64,000 bases of DNA from an uncultured Actinomycetota bacterium (GTDB lineage Bacteria; Actinomycetota; Actinomycetes; Prado026), in contig CAVQCJ010000003.1 of NCBI GenBank assembly GCA_963711005.1, forward strand, positions 160,119 through 224,118, written 5' to 3'. The stretch's first letter is position 1. Every line of letters starts with the position of its first letter. Below the pieces are notes generated by a model, which worked only from the letters and a program-made list of their open reading frames with translations, made no database searches and was not told the origin of the DNA. The position numbers and the translations under genes were made by a program. Positions 37,191 through 46,500 of this stretch are shown in pieces.

Positions 37191-37552
37191 GTGCGCGACC
37201 CTGGTTACCATCCGGGATTGGATGGCGTCCGTGGAGTGGCAATTCTTCTGGTTCTCGGCCAGCACGCCCCGACCAAGCCACTCACTCCCTGGTGATCGTC
37301 GCAGGAACCGGACTGACGCTCGTGACACAGATCGGCGTCGTGACTTCGCCACGATCTGCAGTTGGATCGCTGTTGGCAAGCGGCCCATTGAGGTGGCTGG
37401 GCGAGCGGTCATACTCGATCTATCTCTGGTCCTCGCGCGCATCGCGATACTAGCTTCGCTCGGACATACGATAGTCGGTGATATCGCCTGGATTGCCATG
37501 TTCGTCGTGCTGGCCGAGGCGAGCTTCCGGTTCGTCGAGCGTCCGATGCGGG
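37191..37552 (+). pseudogene. acyltransferase-3 (OafA-like) gene remnant with a large internal deletion and frameshifts
   Basis: GTG 37191 opens VRDPGYHPGLDGVRGVAILLVLGQHA (the family N-terminus), which stops at about 37293. The ORF 37163..37453 frame gives GPLRWLGERSYSIYLWS. A third frame gives IAWIAMFVVLAEASFRFVERPMR (the family C-terminus). The roughly 250 codons normally in between are missing. Confidence 0.55.
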
Positions 37553-37810
37553 GCTCATTTCGCGCGTGGGTCTGGTATATCCGACCGCCACATTTCCGAT
37601 CCGGTTCGTCTGAGAGTGCCGCGCTTGCTCTGACCCGTGTGTTGGAGCCCTGGCTGCCCGTATGGGTCTCGGCGCCGAGGTGGCTCACGATCCTGCGCGT
37701 TGCCCGAACCCGGACATAGGTGGTGACGTTCGATAGGGCGCAAGACTTGGTGCAGCGCCGACCACCGTCGTTCCAAAACCGCTAGTGATCTTCGGCGTAC
37801 GCTCGCGGCC

Positions 37811-38059
37811 ATGGACCAGCCGAGGCGCGCCGCACCCAAGTGGGTCACGTGGACGCTAGTGGTCATCGGCGTAGTCCTGGTAGCGGTGGCGGTCATGTAC
37901 GCGTTCGTACCCTCGCACTCGCTGCCCAAGTTGATGCCCGGCTACAAGGCGGGCAGTTCCCGGCTGCACCACGGCCACGCGCTCTTGTTGGCCGGAATGG
38001 CATCTGTCGTCTTCGTTGGGGCGTGGCAGTCGACTTGGTGGCGAGTCCCGAATCCCTGA
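37811..38059 (+). CDS. small two-TM membrane protein (paralog of 6550..6795)
   Basis: ORF 37811..38059: PKWVTWTLVVIGVVLVAVAVMYAFVPSHSLPKLMPGYKAGSSRLHHGHALLLAGMASVVFVGAWQS aligns colinearly with the 6550 product. Confidence 0.6.
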   Translation: MDQPRRAAPKWVTWTLVVIGVVLVAVAVMYAFVPSHSLPKLMPGYKAGSSRLHHGHALLLAGMASVVFVGAWQSTWWRVPNP

Positions 38060-38106
38060 TGTCCTCGCGGATCGACAAGACCTTCACGGCGTCGCGTGCC
38101 GCTTCG

Positions 38107-38130
38107 CCCGTGGAAGTGCCGTTCTGTAGC
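38107..38130 (-). repeat. hairpin-repeat copy
   Basis: Plus strand CCCGTGGAAGTGCCGTTCTGTAGC, 48 nt after the stop at 38059. Confidence 0.5.
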
Positions 38131-38163
38131 GCCTACCCCAGCTTGGGTGGAAGCCCAGGGCCG

Positions 38164-38802
38164 TCACTTGAGGTCGTGTTCGTGAGCGTAGGTGATCGCC
38201 TGTGCGCGGTCTCGGCTGCGGGTCTTGGCGAAGATTCTGTTGACGTGGGTCTTCACTGTCGCCTCACTGAGGTACAGCGTTGCGGCGATCTCCTGGTTGG
38301 AGAGTCCGCGTCCGATGTGGGCGAGGACTTCGGTCTCGCGGACCGTCAGACCGTCCGGGAGCGCACCAGACCCGGGGTGAGGCGGGCGCATCTGAGCCAG
38401 CTGGACTATGCGGGCGTGCACGGCGGGGTCAAGGAGTGCCTGGCCATGGCCGGCGGACTCGATCGCGCGCCGGATGTCGTCTCGCCCGGCGTCCTTGGTG
38501 AGGTAGCCGAGGGCGCCGGCGGCCAGCGCGTTGGTGATGGACTCGTCGTCGCTGAACGTGGTGAGGACCACTACCTGCGTGCCGGGGTGGCGGTTGCGGA
38601 TCAGGCGGGTGGCTGCGATTCCGTCCATGCGCGGCATGCGCAGGTCCATGAGGACGACATCTGGTTTGTGCTCGGCGACCAGCGCCAGGGCTTCCTCGCC
38701 GTCTGCGGCGTAGCCGACGATCTCGACGTCGGGGATGCGTTCGCAGATCGTGCCCAGACCGTCCCTGATGACGGTCTGGTCGTCCACGATGATCAGCCTC
38801 AT
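38164..38802 (-). CDS. NarL/LuxR-family response regulator
   Basis: Receiver MRLIIVDDQTVIRDGL..DVVLMDLRMPRMDG and HTH LTVRETEVLAHIGRGLSNQEIAATLYLSEATVKTHV. ATG 38802 overlaps the kinase stop (ATGA). Confidence 0.9.
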   Translation of the reverse strand: MRLIIVDDQTVIRDGLGTICERIPDVEIVGYAADGEEALALVAEHKPDVVLMDLRMPRMDGIAATRLIRNRHPGTQVVVLTTFSDDESITNALAAGALGYLTKDAGRDDIRRAIESAGHGQALLDPAVHARIVQLAQMRPPHPGSGALPDGLTVRETEVLAHIGRGLSNQEIAATLYLSEATVKTHVNRIFAKTRSRDRAQAITYAHEHDLK

Positions 38803-39950
38803 GCCGGGACTTCCGCGTGCACTTGCCAAGCGTGCTCGTGGGGACCGGCGGTGAGGGTGCCGCCGAGAAGCTCGACCCGCTCGCGCATCCCCTGCAGGCC
38901 GTATCCAGCACCAGTGGCCGCGAGAGGAGAGGGCCCTGTGAGGGCGTTGTCCACGGTAAGCTCCGCCCCCGCGCTCGTGAATGCGATGGTGATGGTCACG
39001 GCAGAGCCCGCTGCGTGCTTGCGCGCATTGGTGACTGACTCTTGGGCCACCCTGACCAGTGCGAGGCCGGCGGCGGGCGGGAGCGGCCGCGGGTCACCCT
39101 GGACGCGAATGGTGACGTCCGAGTCGCGGGCCAGCACCGAAATCTGGTCGAGGACTGCCACCGGCTCGTCCCTGAGCACCCGCACCGCTCGTTGCGTCTC
39201 CGTCAGACCTTCCTTCACCAGACGGCTCGATCTGGCGGCGGCCGCCCTCAGCACGTCTGTGGTGGCCACGTCGTCGATGAGGCCACCGAGAGCCTCCAAC
39301 TGCACACTCAAGGCGCTCAGAGTGTGTCCGAGCACATCGTGCACCTCGCGCGCGATCCGGTTTCGTTCCTCGAGCACCTCGGCTCGCTCGTGCTCGACCT
39401 CGGTGCGTTGTTGCGCCAGAGCCAACTCGGCTTCTTGCCGCACGCGTTGGGCGCTCTGACGGCGACCCATTCCCACCACCAGGCCGGCGGCGCCACCGCT
39501 GGCAGCGCCCCAGATGACTCCTGCTGGATGGCCGCTGACCGCCACCGCGCATGCGGCGGCCAGGACGCCTGGGGCGGTCATCAGCGCCGCCGGGACGACG
39601 TCGAACAGGCTGGCGGCGCACAGCCCGGCGACGCCGACGACGACGACTCCGATCGGATGCAGGACGACGAGGACCCCGCCGCTGGCAGCGATGGCCACGA
39701 CGCCGGCGATGCTCCACGGCACGTTCCGGTAGTGCCGTGCACTCATCCATGCTGCCCAGCCCAGGGCCGTGCTGCCGGTCAGGATCGTCGCGACAAGGTG
39801 CCGTCCCGTCGTGCCGGGCTGCGTGGCGGCGGCCACTGCATAGACCAGACCAGCCAGCCACACCAGCCGCAGGGATGTGCGCACGGGCGGCTCGGCCGCT
39901 GCGTCGCGCGTCGGCTCAGCGTCCATCACGGTCCGCCACGTGCTCATCAT
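38799..39950 (-). CDS. sensor histidine kinase, HisKA_3 (NarX/DesK-type)
   Basis: ORF 38799..39974. N-terminal TM bundle, H-box IAREVHDVLGHTLSAL, HATPase_c strings VTNARKHA and GYGLQGMRERV. ATG 39950 preferred over TTG 39974. Confidence 0.85.
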   Translation of the reverse strand: MMSTWRTVMDAEPTRDAAAEPPVRTSLRLVWLAGLVYAVAAATQPGTTGRHLVATILTGSTALGWAAWMSARHYRNVPWSIAGVVAIAASGGVLVVLHPIGVVVVGVAGLCAASLFDVVPAALMTAPGVLAAACAVAVSGHPAGVIWGAASGGAAGLVVGMGRRQSAQRVRQEAELALAQQRTEVEHERAEVLEERNRIAREVHDVLGHTLSALSVQLEALGGLIDDVATTDVLRAAAARSSRLVKEGLTETQRAVRVLRDEPVAVLDQISVLARDSDVTIRVQGDPRPLPPAAGLALVRVAQESVTNARKHAAGSAVTITIAFTSAGAELTVDNALTGPSPLAATGAGYGLQGMRERVELLGGTLTAGPHEHAWQVHAEVPA

Positions 39951-39966
39951 CCGCTGTCGGGTGAGG

Positions 39967-40482
39967 TCAGCCAACCGCGACTGCGGCCCGCTGGCCGACC
40001 GACAGGGACCGTGACCGCGCCCAGAGCAGGAGAGTCCGGCTGACGACCTCGACGAACGCCATCAGCACCATCGCGGTCACCCAGCCTGCGCCGGTCAGCT
40101 GGTGCGCCTGGCTGAACCGCACCACGGTCGGACCTCCGCCGTGCTCCATGAACAACGAGAAGCTCATGCGAGCACCGATACCCACGACCCACAGCGCGGC
40201 CGCGCCGAGCGTGGCCCTTGCCACCGCAACGCCGTCGCGGTCCAGCTCCAGTCGGGTCAGCAGAGCCGACGCGGATCCGAGGGTCAGGCCGGCAACCACT
40301 CCGGTCACGACCAGGACGGCGTCGTTCCCTACGGTCGGGATGCCGTGCAGGTAGTGGGATGCCGCCCACGCGACCAGCGCCAACGGGAGCACCAGTCCGC
40401 GACGGTCCAGCCGGCGCCCGCGCATCTGCAAGACCACGAGCGCGACGAGAACGATGTTGAGGATGTAGTCGAAGATCGTCAT
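39967..40482 (-). CDS. hypothetical multi-TM membrane protein, first gene of the three-gene sensor operon
   Basis: ORF 39967..40800 trimmed to ATG 40482 (MTIFDYILNIVLVALVVLQMRGRR...). Hydrophobic throughout. Confidence 0.5.
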   Translation of the reverse strand: MTIFDYILNIVLVALVVLQMRGRRLDRRGLVLPLALVAWAASHYLHGIPTVGNDAVLVVTGVVAGLTLGSASALLTRLELDRDGVAVARATLGAAALWVVGIGARMSFSLFMEHGGGPTVVRFSQAHQLTGAGWVTAMVLMAFVEVVSRTLLLWARSRSLSVGQRAAVAVG

Positions 40483-40746
40483 GACCACCAGGCTGCCCTC
40501 GCGGCCGCCTCGTGGCGTCCACCCCAGGATGGACCTCGGGTTGATCTTCGCCTCCACCCGGCCTATCACCCGGACGCTGCCTGAGTCCCGCAAGACCGGG
40601 CCGGCCGACGAAACGAGAACGGCGAGCCACGGGCGGCGGCGCACGCCTGCCGAGAAGCTAACCGGCGCAGCACCCGGCTCGGCGGACCCCCCTGCCGATC
40701 CCCCTCGACGGATCGAGAACTCATGCGGTGCGCGCCGAAGTGATGC

Positions 40747-40781
40747 TATGGAGCTGGGAGCGCCTGCTCGGCCGGCATCGC
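40747..40781. repeat. inverted-repeat arm A (pairs with 59068..59102)
   Basis: TATGGAGCTGGGAGCGCCTGCTCGGCCGGC is the exact reverse complement of 59073..59102. Four of the next five nt also match. Directly preceded by a hairpin-repeat copy (40727-40748). Confidence 0.9.
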
Positions 40782-40793
40782 CAGCGTGAGGGC

Positions 40794-41015
40794 ATGACAA
40801 AGAAGCGCTGGAGCGACTTTACGACTGGACAGCAGCGGGCGATCATCGTCGGCGGTGCCGTCGAGGTTGTGGTTACTGCCCTCGCGTTGAGAGATCTCGC
40901 CCGGCGGCCCAGCTCGCAGGTGCGCGGACCAAAGGCGGTCTGGGTGTTGTCCTTCGTAGTGCAGCCGTTTGGCCCTTTGGCGTACTTCGCTAGAGGCCGC
41001 CAACCGGCCGACTGA
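40794..41015 (+). CDS. PLD-nuclease N-terminal (PLDc_N) domain small membrane protein
   Basis: ATG 40794 inside ORF 40728..41015: MTKKRWSDFTTGQQRAIIVGGAVEVVVTALALRDLARRP..VRGPKAVWVLSFVVQPFGPLAYF matches the family pattern (two TM helices, L.RRP, K..W......P.GP.AYF). Confidence 0.7.
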   Translation: MTKKRWSDFTTGQQRAIIVGGAVEVVVTALALRDLARRPSSQVRGPKAVWVLSFVVQPFGPLAYFARGRQPAD

Positions 41016-41213
41016 CACCCTGTATCGGCGCACGGAAGTGCGGTGGTGCCAACCGGTCGATGCAACAACCTGCTGTCGTGAGGGGGTCGTCCGACGGAGG
41101 AGGGAAGGGGACTGCCCCGGGGGCGGCGCGGTTTCCATCGGGCGTCGAGGGTGTGGGGCTTGGGGGCCGAACGGCTTAGTAACCGCGGGGGCTGGCGACG
41201 GGCAGGCTGCTCG

Positions 41214-41927
41214 TCACCTGGTGGAGATCTGGACGTAGTCGATCTGGCCGGTGAAGTAGTCGCACAGGTGCGCCGCCGTGGCGTTGCAGTTGGCTTTGCC
41301 GCCGATGGTCAGCGGCACGTTGTTGACGATCGCGCCGGTCGGGTGGTTGGCCTGCATGGTGACGTGACCGTCGACCGTGGTGGACACGAAGCCCGGCCCG
41401 CGTTCGCAGGTCACGATGTGCCAGGCGTTGTCCGCGACCAGGATCGGGCTGCGGATGCCGCCGTTGGTGGTCACGCCGTTCACGACGGAGCGGAAGCCGC
41501 AGAACACCCGGCCGTTGCCGCCGTCGAGTTCGATCTTCCAGAAGCCGGTCGGGCTGCCGGACTGGGCCTTCTGCATGACGTTGCCGAACGACGCGGCGAT
41601 GGAGGGGATACGCAGCCGCACGGTGACGACGAAGTCGGCGGTGCCTGGGTTGAGCAGCGCGGAGTTGACCACGTCCAGGTGCTGGGGGTCGACCGTGCCG
41701 CCGACGCCGCGCTTGACCGCAGGGTAGGAGTGCACCCCGCCGCCGACCGTGACGGTCTTGCCGATACTGCCATTGAGGTGGTTCGGGCCGGAGTCCACCA
41801 GCACGGTCGAGCCCTTCACCTCGTTCATCTGCCAGGACGCGACCAGTCCCGCCGCGTGTGCGCTCGGCGCGAGAAGGGTGGTACCGGCTACGACCGCGAC
41901 CATGATCGCGAGCGGTGACTTCCGCAT
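41214..41927 (-). CDS. secreted LamG-like (concanavalin A-like lectin/glucanase fold) protein
   Basis: ORF 41214..41927 with GGAGGAGGG upstream. Signal peptide LAIMVAVVAGTTLLAPSAHA. LVASWQMNE..GSTVLVDSGPNHLNGSIG, DNAWHIVTCER and PLTIGGK are typical of Laminin_G_3 domains. Confidence 0.65.
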   Translation of the reverse strand: MRKSPLAIMVAVVAGTTLLAPSAHAAGLVASWQMNEVKGSTVLVDSGPNHLNGSIGKTVTVGGGVHSYPAVKRGVGGTVDPQHLDVVNSALLNPGTADFVVTVRLRIPSIAASFGNVMQKAQSGSPTGFWKIELDGGNGRVFCGFRSVVNGVTTNGGIRSPILVADNAWHIVTCERGPGFVSTTVDGHVTMQANHPTGAIVNNVPLTIGGKANCNATAAHLCDYFTGQIDYVQISTR

Positions 41928-42174
41928 GAGGGCCCTCCTCCGTTGGGGGACCCGAACCTACCGCCGGCCAGTCCGAAAATCTCTCCCGGGAAAGAGGGGG
42001 GACCTGGAACCGTCGTTCTGCGGGTACCAGCAAGATCCAGGCTCGCTGGACAGGTTGGCGTCGGCCACGCCGCGCCCTTGATCAAACTCGGCCCCTCGAT
42101 AGGCGCCTGGCTGGCCGGTCTGTGGTCACCCCGCTCTTCTCCGTCTTGACCCCGTCCCCCCGCTTGGGCAGCCC

Positions 42175-42200
42175 CAGAACTGGCATTCGGTGCGGCTCGG
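42175..42200 (+). repeat. hairpin-repeat copy (GGCATTCGGTGCG subtype, as at 22798)
   Basis: CAGAACTGGCATTCGGTGCGGCTCGG, in the divergent spacer between the LamG-like and nucleotidyltransferase-like genes. Confidence 0.55.
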
Positions 42201-42415
42201 CCGAGCCCGCAGTGTCCGCTGTTCAGCCCGAGTCAGGGTGAGAAGCCGCTGCGCGAATCTGATCGCGCTGTCGGTCGTTGTCGTGGTGCTGGCGCACGTG
42301 ATCAGCGTCCCTCGGAGCTCGTGATAGCCGGGTCCTGGACCCGCCACACGTCCAACGGCGCGGGCGAGTTCGCGATGCTTGTACGCCGGCGCGAAAGTCC
42401 CGGCAAGATTGGCCC

Positions 42416-43447
42416 GTGGACGTACACCCACCCGTCGTCGGAGTGATCATGACCGGCGCGGCGGCTGAGCACGCGCCCGGTGCGGGCCAGAGCGCACCGG
42501 GGCCGATGGGCCGCGTGCTGGGTGTTCCCCTCATCGAGCGCAACCTGTTGGCCCTGCTCAAGGCCGGCGTGAGCGAGATCGCGGTCCTGGTCGCCGGGTC
42601 GGCGGCGCCGGCCGGGCCGGTGCGGGCCTGGGCGCAGGGTCGAGGACGGTCGCTGGCCGAGGCCGCCGGCTCCCGGCTCGACGTGGTCGAGGAACCGCAG
42701 GGGCGGGGGGAGGCGGGCGCCCTCACCCTCGTCCCGGGCTCGGACCGGCCCCTCCTGCAGGTCCGTGCGGACAATCTGACCTCGCTGGACCTCGCCGGCC
42801 TCCTCGAAGCGCATGAGCGGGCCTGGGCCGACCTCACCCTCGCGGTGCACGACCAGGCGTTCCGGCTCCCCTACGCCGTCGTGCAGCACGACAAGGGGGT
42901 CGTCACCGGCTATCAGGAAGCGCCCCTGGCAGCGGTCCCGGTCGCCAGCGGCGTCATCGTCGTCGGACCGCGGGCGCTGGCGATCCTGGCCAGTCGCTCA
43001 TCGCCACGCGGGATCGCCGACCTGGTGCGACGGGCCGTCGACGCGGAACTCGCGGTCCGGGCGGTGACGCACGCAAAGGCCTGGGTCAACGTCAACGACG
43101 CCGGTTCGCTGGACCAGGCCACCGCCCTCGTGCGCGCGGACCCGGACGCGTTCGAGCTGTGCTGGCCCGATCCGGTGCCACAGACGGTCCTTCCCGGCAC
43201 CGGCGGGACGCGGGTGCGGATCGACGACCTCGACGGCAACGGTCGACCGTTCCGCATCGAGGTCCCACAAGAACCAGGCCCCGGCGCCATGGCGGCCGTC
43301 GACGACCTCGGTGGGGAGGTGGCGGCCCGCGTCCGCGCCTGGCTCGCGGATGCGCCCAAGGCAGGTCCTCCCGGACGTCACTCCAGTCAGATCAACGGGC
43401 AGACAGCGCCGGTCCCACTTCCGCATTCGCTCGGTGACACCTCGTAG
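42416..43447 (+). CDS. nucleotidyltransferase-fold (sugar-phosphate NTP-transferase-like) protein with a ~100-aa C-terminal extension
   Basis: ORF 42416..43447 (GTG). VGVIMTGAAAEH..GVPLIERNLLALLKAGVSEIAVLV and later VASGVIVVGPRAL follow the GlmU/RmlA-type layout. The G-x-G-T-R-L loop is not canonical. Confidence 0.45.
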   Translation: MDVHPPVVGVIMTGAAAEHAPGAGQSAPGPMGRVLGVPLIERNLLALLKAGVSEIAVLVAGSAAPAGPVRAWAQGRGRSLAEAAGSRLDVVEEPQGRGEAGALTLVPGSDRPLLQVRADNLTSLDLAGLLEAHERAWADLTLAVHDQAFRLPYAVVQHDKGVVTGYQEAPLAAVPVASGVIVVGPRALAILASRSSPRGIADLVRRAVDAELAVRAVTHAKAWVNVNDAGSLDQATALVRADPDAFELCWPDPVPQTVLPGTGGTRVRIDDLDGNGRPFRIEVPQEPGPGAMAAVDDLGGEVAARVRAWLADAPKAGPPGRHSSQINGQTAPVPLPHSLGDTS

Positions 43448-43504
43448 CCGTTTGCTCCGAACCGGTGAACGGCCAGGTGGCAAGCGGTCAGGTCGCGGTT
43501 CGCT

Positions 43505-46500
43505 TCACGCGTGTCTCCCTGCGTGCTCCGCTAGGCCTGACGAGATGAACGAGTCGAGCCGCCGGAGCCAACCAGTCGCACCGATCTGCGCGTACGTGGC
43601 CCGCGCGTGCTCCAGGTGCGGAGCAGCGTCGAAGGCACGGCCCTGGCTGGCCAGCCAACGAGCGAGGTCCTCCTCGGCCCGCGCGCTCCAACCCAGGGCA
43701 CCGAAGTCGGCGAGAGCCGCGACACCGGCGCGCAGGTCGGCCTCGACCGTGCGCGGCTCGTCGCCGCGGGCGGCTCCGACCAGGCCCTGCAGGTGGCGCA
43801 GGTGGGCCGCGACCGCCGTGGACAGCAACCCGGGCGCGGCACCGGCCACCGGCTCGAGCAGCCGTTCGGCGAGCGGCACGTCTGCGGCCGCGACGGCGGC
43901 GCGAACCAGCGGCGGCCAGAAGTGCATGAAGTCGTCCTCGAGACCGGACGCGCTGAGCTGGTGAGACAGCGTGGCCTCCGCAAGGGCGGCGGCGCCCTGC
44001 ACGTCGCCCTCGGTCTGCAGTCGCAACGCGTCGAGGGAGCCGCGGGCAGCCAGGTCCCAGGCGCTCAGCGCGGTCTCGATGTCGGGAAGCGGTGGCAATG
44101 GCTCGCCCTGCGCGTCGGCCAGGTAGGCATCGACCACGGCGAGTCCCCATCGCACGGTCGGCGTCGTCGCGGTCTCCACGGCCTCCTGGACCACCTGGCG
44201 CGACTCCGCCAGCCGGCCCGCGGACCACAGCGCCGAGGAGCAGTTGCCGGCCGCGTAGTCGGCCATGCCGGACACGCCGGCGCGTCGGGCCATGTCCCGA
44301 GCCTCGAAGAGAGCGTCGATCGCCGCCGGCAGGTCCCGGCTCATCAGGACGGTGCTCAGGTTGATCAGCGCGTGGGCAAGCGCGCCGGGAAGGTCGTGCG
44401 TCCGCGCGACGTCGGCGGCTCCCTCGTACAAGGCCCGGCTGATCCTGGGGCCACCCGTCGACTGGTAGCGACCACCCATGTTGATCATGGCCTTGGCCAG
44501 CTGCTCCGGATCGCCGACGGCTTCGGCCAGGAAGACCCGTCGCTCGACGTACCTGCCCGCCGCAGCCAGGTCCTCGAGCTCGAAGTATGAGTTGGCCAGC
44601 GGGCCGGCGAGGCGTAGCAAGGCCCGTTCGGAGTCGCGGATCCCCTCGAGCGCCTGCCAGCGCGGCTCGGCGAGCGCGATCACCCCAGCGAAGTCCGAGA
44701 GGATCTGCAGGGACAGGGCGGCGCTGCCCGCTGCGGCGCCCGCGTCGATCGGCCGCTCCAGCTCGTCGTACAGCTCCATGGCCGTACGGGCGTGAGCTGC
44801 GCCGCCGTCGTAGTCGCCGGCATCCTGGGCCGCCTCCCCGCAGGCGAAGTGCAGCCGCGCCCGGTCCTCGATGCCGGTGCTGCGGGCGAGCGCTGCCTCA
44901 AACCGGCGGCGTGCCTCGGCCGGCGATCCGAGCGCCTTCGCGCGGTTGCCGGCCCGCTCGAGCAACGCGCAGGCCCTCGGGACGAGGTCGCCCACGTCGG
45001 CGTCCGTGCTGCCCCCGGCATCGACGGCGTCGAGCAGGTGCTGCGCGATCACGACGGCAAGGTCGTCGCCCGGGTCCGGCTGTGTGGCCAGGAAGTCGGC
45101 TGCAGCGAGGTGCCGCTGCTTGCGATCACGCCGGGAAAGCGTGCCGTACGCGACCTGTCGCACCACGGCCTGCACGAACCTGAACTGCCCGCGCTCGGCC
45201 GAGAACCGGTCCTGCTGGACGGCGATGATCTCCTTACGCTGCAACGCGGACAGGGCTTCGTCGATGCCGGCCGGGTCGGAGCTGACTGCGGCGAGACCCG
45301 CCTTCGTGAACGACGAGCCGAGCACGCTGGCGTCGGCGACGACCGCTCGCTCGCTCGGCGACAGGGCGTCGAGCCGGGCGGCGACCAGCGCCTGCAACGA
45401 CGCGGGTGCACCGATCGCGGCAAGGTCGAGCTCGACGCCGTCAGCCGGTACGTAGTGCCCCTCGCGGGGTACCACCGCGTCCCGGTCGATCAGCGCCCGA
45501 ACGGTCTCGATGGCGAACAGCGGCACGCCCTCGGCGCGCGCGACGAGGGCGGTCCTGACCTGCGCCGGCAGCCCCACCACGAGCCCGTCGACCAGTGTCG
45601 CCATCGCCGCGTCGTCGAGCGGGTCCAGGCGGACCACGCTGGCCCGACGGCCCCCGAGCTCTGGTCGCCGCATCAACAGCTCGGGCCGGGCCAGGACGAG
45701 TACGAAGATCGGTGCGCGTGCCGTGGCCAGCATGGAGTCGAAGAAGTCCAGCAGCCCGTCGTCGGCGAACTGGGCGTCGTCGATCACGAGGACGACCGCG
45801 TTGCCGGCTTCGCTGAGCCGCTCGAGGAACGCCGTCCACGCCGAGAACAGGTCCTCGCGGGCGAAGCCGGCGCCCTGGCTCGCGCCCACGAGGGCGGCCA
45901 GCCGTGGCCGCAGCCAGTCGCGTTCCTCGGGTACCGGCACGAACGTCGCGAGGCCAGCCTCGAGGCCAGCGGTCACGGCCTCCCCCGAGTCGGCCTCCGT
46001 CAGCCCGAGGCGGGGCCGCAGCGCCTCGGCCAGCGCCCAGAACGCCACCCCGTCCCCGTACGACAGGCAGCGCCCACGATGCCAGCGCACCGTGGCCGTC
46101 AGCCCGTCGACGTACTTCTCGAACTCCCACGCCAGCCGGGACTTGCCCACGCCCGGCTCGCCGTCGACCACGACGAGGCGCGGGCGCGCGGACTCCTGCG
46201 TCGAGTGGAACAGCTCCTTGATCACCCGTACCTCACGGTCGCGCCCGGCCAGCGGTGCCTCGAGCCCGTCGACTCGCTGCCCGCCGCCCACCTCCGCGAC
46301 CACCGCTCGCGCCTGCCAGAGCCGGACCGACCCGGCCTTGCCCTTGAGCATGTGTTCGCCGGCATCCGCGTACGAGATCGCCGCGGCGGTCAGCGAGCGG
46401 GTGCCCTCGTCGACCCATACCGACCCGGCTTCGGCCACGGACTGGACCCGGGACGCCGTGTTCACCGCGTCGCCGGCCACCATGCCTTCCGCGGTGGCGC

